Assembly (NCBI GenBank): GCA_963754925.1
Contig: CAVWHX010000004.1
Span: forward strand, 736,001-800,000
Direction of reading: 5' to 3'
DNA length: 64,000 nucleotides
DNA from: an uncultured delta proteobacterium
GTDB lineage: Bacteria > Myxococcota > B64-G9
Shown here: positions 60,084-64,000 of the stretch, in pieces
How positions within the stretch are numbered: the stretch's first letter is position 1
How the letters are laid out: the number at the start of each line of letters is the position of its first letter
Notes under the pieces: generated by a model
Told to the model about the DNA's origin: nothing
Seen by the model: the letters and a program-made list of their open reading frames with translations, nothing else
Database searches by the model: none
Translations under genes and position numbers: made by a program

Positions 60084-62123
60084 TTATCTTCCCGATATCT
60101 CTTCTCGGGCCATAAGCTGCAATTGGAACGGCACATCGTATGCTTCGCCCTTGAAACTGGGAAACAACCAGTTTTTAATTTCTTTAATGAGGCATTCCTC
60201 AACGAAACTGCCCCGAAAATTCGGCGTATCAATCCTCACCGCTTCCACCGAGCCGCTCGGCTGCACCCGCGCTACGACGATCATTTTACCGGCGATCGAT
60301 GAGTCGCGTTGAAGCTGGCGCTGCTGGCAGCTTTTTACTTGAGCGTAGTACTTCTGAATGACCTGGTGGATCTGGAGATCGGTAAGCTTCTCGGGACCGG
60401 TTAGCCTACCCGGTGGCAGCGGGGCGGCCTCGACTTTTTTGCCTCGTAACTCGTCTATCTTCATGTCGGTAGCCAGGGAAACATCGGGAGCGGTGGCGGT
60501 TCCCAGGTCCCCCTTCTGAACCCGAGGCTTGGAGCGCTGGTGATCCTCTCCGACGCCGATATCAAACACATTTTGGCCATTCTCTGGGGGCACCAAACCG
60601 CGCATGATTGTTGCCGACAACGGCTTGGGCAACTCGGGCGATGGCTTTGCACCCAGGGAGGGTTGGGACTCCTCTCCTTCCAAGAGGATTCTAATCTTCT
60701 TGGTATCTTCTAAGCCGGTGCCATTGTTCTTGGTAGCCTGATCCCCTTTGGCTACGGAAAGTTCTTCATCAGACTTAATCGAAACGAGTTGGTGGTTATT
60801 GAAAAAATCTTTTCTCAGCACCAGCGCGAGCACCACGCCAGCCACCATAACTACAAACAACACCCCGATCAAAGCCATGCTTATGCGTCGACCGGTGGAA
60901 TGGACGCCCGCGTACCGAATGATGGCGGAATCAGACGATGATGGATGCTCAGCCTCGGCGAAAGGCGGGATTGAGTCGGCGTGTTCTTCATGCAACGACT
61001 CGGCATAAAGCTCCGTCGCGACCTGCCCTGCATCCACCGTCGGTGAAGGCGGAAGCAATTCGCTCGGCGGCGCGCGGGTCTCTCCTGATTCGAAGAAGCG
61101 TTCGCTGGCCTGTCGGAGGCTATGCTCGCCGGTGCTTATCTCTCGTGTGGTTGAGACGGCAGCGACGGGCGCTTCGGCCAGTTCGTCTCTGAGTGACGCA
61201 ATTCTATCCGCCAAGAAATCTTCCGCCGGCGCCTGGGCTTGAGGACGTTTCTGCTCTGCTCGCTTTTGTTTCTGATCGTCCGCAACCGCTTTCTCGATGC
61301 GATCGCGTTTCGGTTCTCCGGCTGATGGTAACCGATGGTCATCTTTGGTTTGCGGCAACGGTTCTTCAAACCATTCAGCCCTGCTCGATGGAGCCAGCTT
61401 TCTCGGCTCATCAATGATCGCATCGGTCGCGCTTGGTTCTTGGGTATCGCGTGTTTCGGAGGGTATTATCTTTTCAGCCGCAGCTTTTTGAGGAGGGAGC
61501 CCATGTTGTAAAAACGCTATTAGACCGAAGGTCTTTTCAACGGAGGTCCAGTCATCCATCCCCTCTCGCCAGACGAAATGATCCCTGGTGATCGAGCCAA
61601 CACGAATTCGCTCTTCCATCTCCAGCGATGTAAAAGGTCCTTCCTCGGTGCCATCTAACCCGTAGTACCAAACTGGTGTTCGCGGAGCTAGCTCACTGGG
61701 TGCGTGTTCATCGTCTTGTTCAATCGGTCCGGTCCGCTGTTGCCCGGACTCGTAAAGACCCCTAAAGGCTTGGTTAAATTCCTGGCTAGGGCCAGCCTCG
61801 GGCTGTATACCCTGTCCATCGGTTTGGCTGGACGCTGGTTCATCGGAAGTGAACTCATCGGATGGGAGTGCCACGGATTGTGGCAACGCGGGTTCGGGCG
61901 CGAGGGATACCGGCAACTCAGATTTAGCTACTGCGGATGAAGCCACCGCGGACGTGGTTAGTCCGGCTTTGGGTGTTTCAATCGGGGGTACCGATAGCCG
62001 TCCAGCGTCACGCACGACCATAACCTGGCCGCAGTGTTTGCAGCGAATCTTGACGACCTTACCGCGGATCTTTTCATCCGCAATGGCGTACTTAGCATTA
62101 CATTTTTTGCAAGAAAATCGCAT
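60084..62123 (-). CDS. GltJ/AgmX-like protein: zinc ribbon, GYF_2, TM, TonB-C-like domain
   Basis: MRFSCKKCNAKYAIADEKIRGKVVKIRCKHC; WYY..G..EGPF...VWREGMDDW; TM; VKSC..R...G...V...V.PSG.V...CL...IKNW.FP.F. Confidence 0.82.
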   Translation of the reverse strand: MRFSCKKCNAKYAIADEKIRGKVVKIRCKHCGQVMVVRDAGRLSVPPIETPKAGLTTSAVASSAVAKSELPVSLAPEPALPQSVALPSDEFTSDEPASSQTDGQGIQPEAGPSQEFNQAFRGLYESGQQRTGPIEQDDEHAPSELAPRTPVWYYGLDGTEEGPFTSLEMEERIRVGSITRDHFVWREGMDDWTSVEKTFGLIAFLQHGLPPQKAAAEKIIPSETRDTQEPSATDAIIDEPRKLAPSSRAEWFEEPLPQTKDDHRLPSAGEPKRDRIEKAVADDQKQKRAEQKRPQAQAPAEDFLADRIASLRDELAEAPVAAVSTTREISTGEHSLRQASERFFESGETRAPPSELLPPSPTVDAGQVATELYAESLHEEHADSIPPFAEAEHPSSSDSAIIRYAGVHSTGRRISMALIGVLFVVMVAGVVLALVLRKDFFNNHQLVSIKSDEELSVAKGDQATKNNGTGLEDTKKIRILLEGEESQPSLGAKPSPELPKPLSATIMRGLVPPENGQNVFDIGVGEDHQRSKPRVQKGDLGTATAPDVSLATDMKIDELRGKKVEAAPLPPGRLTGPEKLTDLQIHQVIQKYYAQVKSCQQRQLQRDSSIAGKMIVVARVQPSGSVEAVRIDTPNFRGSFVEECLIKEIKNWLFPSFKGEAYDVPFQLQLMAREEISGR

Positions 62124-62164
62124 CTATCCTCAATCAGCGGTTTGCGACCTCGTGCGTTGAGTGG

Positions 62165-63565
62165 TTACAGAAGCTTGAGAAGCTGCTCCTTGATCTGCTG
62201 GCGCAGCGGTCCTTCTGGGCTGCAGCGCAACGACCGCTCCCACATCTCAACCGCTTTATTCTTGAAGCCCTTCTTCTGGTACAGGATCGCAAGGTTGCGC
62301 AGCGGCGCGAATAGGTCTGGCTTGAGTTCGATCGTGTTCTCATATTCACGGATAGCATCGAACACCTGGTTCTTTGCGAGCAGCACGTTCGCCAATGCAT
62401 AATGAATGTTGGGGTTAAACGGATCAAGCCGACAGGCTTCGTTCAGAGCGTTCTGGGCCTCGTTGAAGTTCTTTTCTCGGTACAGCTGCATTGCCTTCTT
62501 ATAGTGCTGATCGGCTGTGTTGAGGTTAACCTGGGTGTCTGGCTTTGCCGGCCCCGCGTCGAGTAGCGTGTGTACCCGCCGCAACAAGGGCACCAATCGA
62601 AAAGGTTTTTCAAAATAATCGTCAGCGCCGTATGTCTCCTTGACATCCTGGGCATAGCGCCAGCCACGATAGACTGCGCTGATCATGATTACCGGAATCA
62701 TTCCGAAGCGCTTGCTGGTCTTGATCTTTTTGCATATCTCAAATCCGTGAATCTCGGGCAACATAGCGTCAAGCAGTACTAAATTTGGTTGCTTCTCTTT
62801 CACCAGCTGGAGCGCCTCCAAGCCACGGCTCGCACTGGTCACCCGATATCCTTCAACGGTGAGTGCCTTTTCCAGAAGCCGAACAATGTCCGGTTCGTCA
62901 TCCACCACCAATATCATCGGTGCGCCGCGCGGGGGCTCTGGTGTCGGCGTCTCAGAAGGAACCTCGGCATGAGTGCTCACCTCTATCGTTACCAGCTCCT
63001 CATCCGGAGCAACCTCGATGTCTGGCTTTGGCAACGCTTCTGAAATAACCGCAATGTTGCCCTGGGAATCCTCTCCGCCGGCTGGCCGGTCCGCGCGCGC
63101 TCCGCGGTAACACACGGCGTTCGGATCCCGTTTTAACAAATCGTAGGCCTCATGGATCACGGTCACCAGTCGTGTTTCGAGGGCAATATACGCCTCGACT
63201 TTTCTGCCGGTTACGAAGGTTACTTCATCGAGGGTTTGTTTGTCGTTGGGGTCGCCAACGGCTAAAAAAATGCGCTCCTCATCGACTTTCAATGGTAGAA
63301 TTTTTGCATCGATCGCCACACGCTCAGGAATAATTTTAAGTGCCGTGATGGGAATGACGGTGCGCGACAGATCGACCGCCGGGATACCCATCTGCTCGCC
63401 AAGAGCCCCCAGAAGATCTTCTTCCGATGCAGCACCGATATCTAAGAGGTTCGAGGCCAATCGCCCACCGCTTACGAGCTGGCGCTTGAGCGCTTGGCCA
63501 AGCTGTGACTGACTAATCTTCTTTTTCTCGAGCAAAATCTTGCCGATTTGCGTCTTCTGTGCCAC
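62165..63565 (-). CDS. GspE/PilB N-terminal (MshEN-like) + response regulator receiver + TPR protein
   Basis: IGKILLE...IS..QL..AL..Q...GGRL; ILVVDDEP, LLDAMLP..HGFEIC, GADDYFEKP; C-terminal TPRs. Confidence 0.88.
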   Translation of the reverse strand: MAQKTQIGKILLEKKKISQSQLGQALKRQLVSGGRLASNLLDIGAASEEDLLGALGEQMGIPAVDLSRTVIPITALKIIPERVAIDAKILPLKVDEERIFLAVGDPNDKQTLDEVTFVTGRKVEAYIALETRLVTVIHEAYDLLKRDPNAVCYRGARADRPAGGEDSQGNIAVISEALPKPDIEVAPDEELVTIEVSTHAEVPSETPTPEPPRGAPMILVVDDEPDIVRLLEKALTVEGYRVTSASRGLEALQLVKEKQPNLVLLDAMLPEIHGFEICKKIKTSKRFGMIPVIMISAVYRGWRYAQDVKETYGADDYFEKPFRLVPLLRRVHTLLDAGPAKPDTQVNLNTADQHYKKAMQLYREKNFNEAQNALNEACRLDPFNPNIHYALANVLLAKNQVFDAIREYENTIELKPDLFAPLRNLAILYQKKGFKNKAVEMWERSLRCSPEGPLRQQIKEQLLKLL

Positions 63566-63710
63566 CGTCTCAACCTCCTCGGTGAATCTTCCCGACCGTT
63601 TCTATAAACTCGTGCGACTCTACCATTGGCCATCAAAGGGTTGCAAGAGAACCCGACGTGCCGCTACGGTTCTTGACTACCACAGCCATCCAGAATACGA
63701 GCCTCATCAA

Positions 63711-64000
63711 CTATGGTGAATGCACCGGCTTCACCCCCACTGTTTTTTGATCGTAGACCGCGCCATCCAACAGGTGAGAGAGCCTCACATGCTTCATGGC
63801 GGCCAAGATGCTTCGTCGCACCCGCGGGTGAGAGGCGGCCACCTGTTCGATCAGCCGCGCGACCAGCTTACGCTGCGGATCGATGGCTCCCGTGTTGTAC
63901 GGGCATGCTATCTCAACCGGTTGGAAGCCGCGTTCCTTGGCAAAATCCTCCAAGAGCGAAGCCTCAACATAGCCAAGCGGCCGAATGACGAGATTACGGC
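63711..64000 (-). CDS. ttcA: tRNA 2-thiocytidine biosynthesis TtcA-family protein (3' part only)
   Basis: Frame open to the window edge: VIRPLGYVE..L.DFA..RGF.....CP...R..V..LI.......P.VRRSI..AM.HV..SHLLD. Confidence 0.75.
   Translation of the reverse strand, partial: RNLVIRPLGYVEASLLEDFAKERGFQPVEIACPYNTGAIDPQRKLVARLIEQVAASHPRVRRSILAAMKHVRLSHLLDGAVYDQKTVGVKPVHSP

Overview
This 64-kb window looks like Myxococcota/deltaproteobacterial-type chromosome; that is inferred from gene content (GltJ/AgmX-like protein, DUF4388 and MshEN-type proteins, gene order), not from a database search. The housekeeping blocks are prs-rplY-pth-rpsF-rpsR-rplI-dnaB; a DegP-like protease; prfB(+1 frameshift)-lysS-lolC/E-lolD-bamA-skp-lpxD-lpxA; TPR-DUF4388-phoH-7TM-HD-ybeY with tRNA-Leu; TPR-tonB-exbB-exbD-exbD; gap-pgk-tpiA-secG; and ttcA(partial)-MshEN/REC/TPR-gltJ-like. 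An accessory region at about 13.3-31.9 kb surrounds tRNA-Phe. It holds an orphan nucleotide-cyclase-like gene, lysE, a GT39-like gene, two paralogous ankyrin lipoproteins, decayed RHS toxin/immunity cassettes and an IS3 element. It also holds two rve-transposase elements bracketing an EGF-repeat lipoprotein, and a coupled three-gene operon (nucleotidyltransferase-like, XRE HTH, unknown protein) that is the best candidate here for an undescribed toxin-antitoxin or defence system. Other points of note: a dispersed family of palindromic repeats, a long RelA/SpoT-type HD protein, a sigma54/IHF-type promoter on a 72-aa gene, and several single-base frameshifts that may be sequencing errors. All product calls come from motif recognition by eye.
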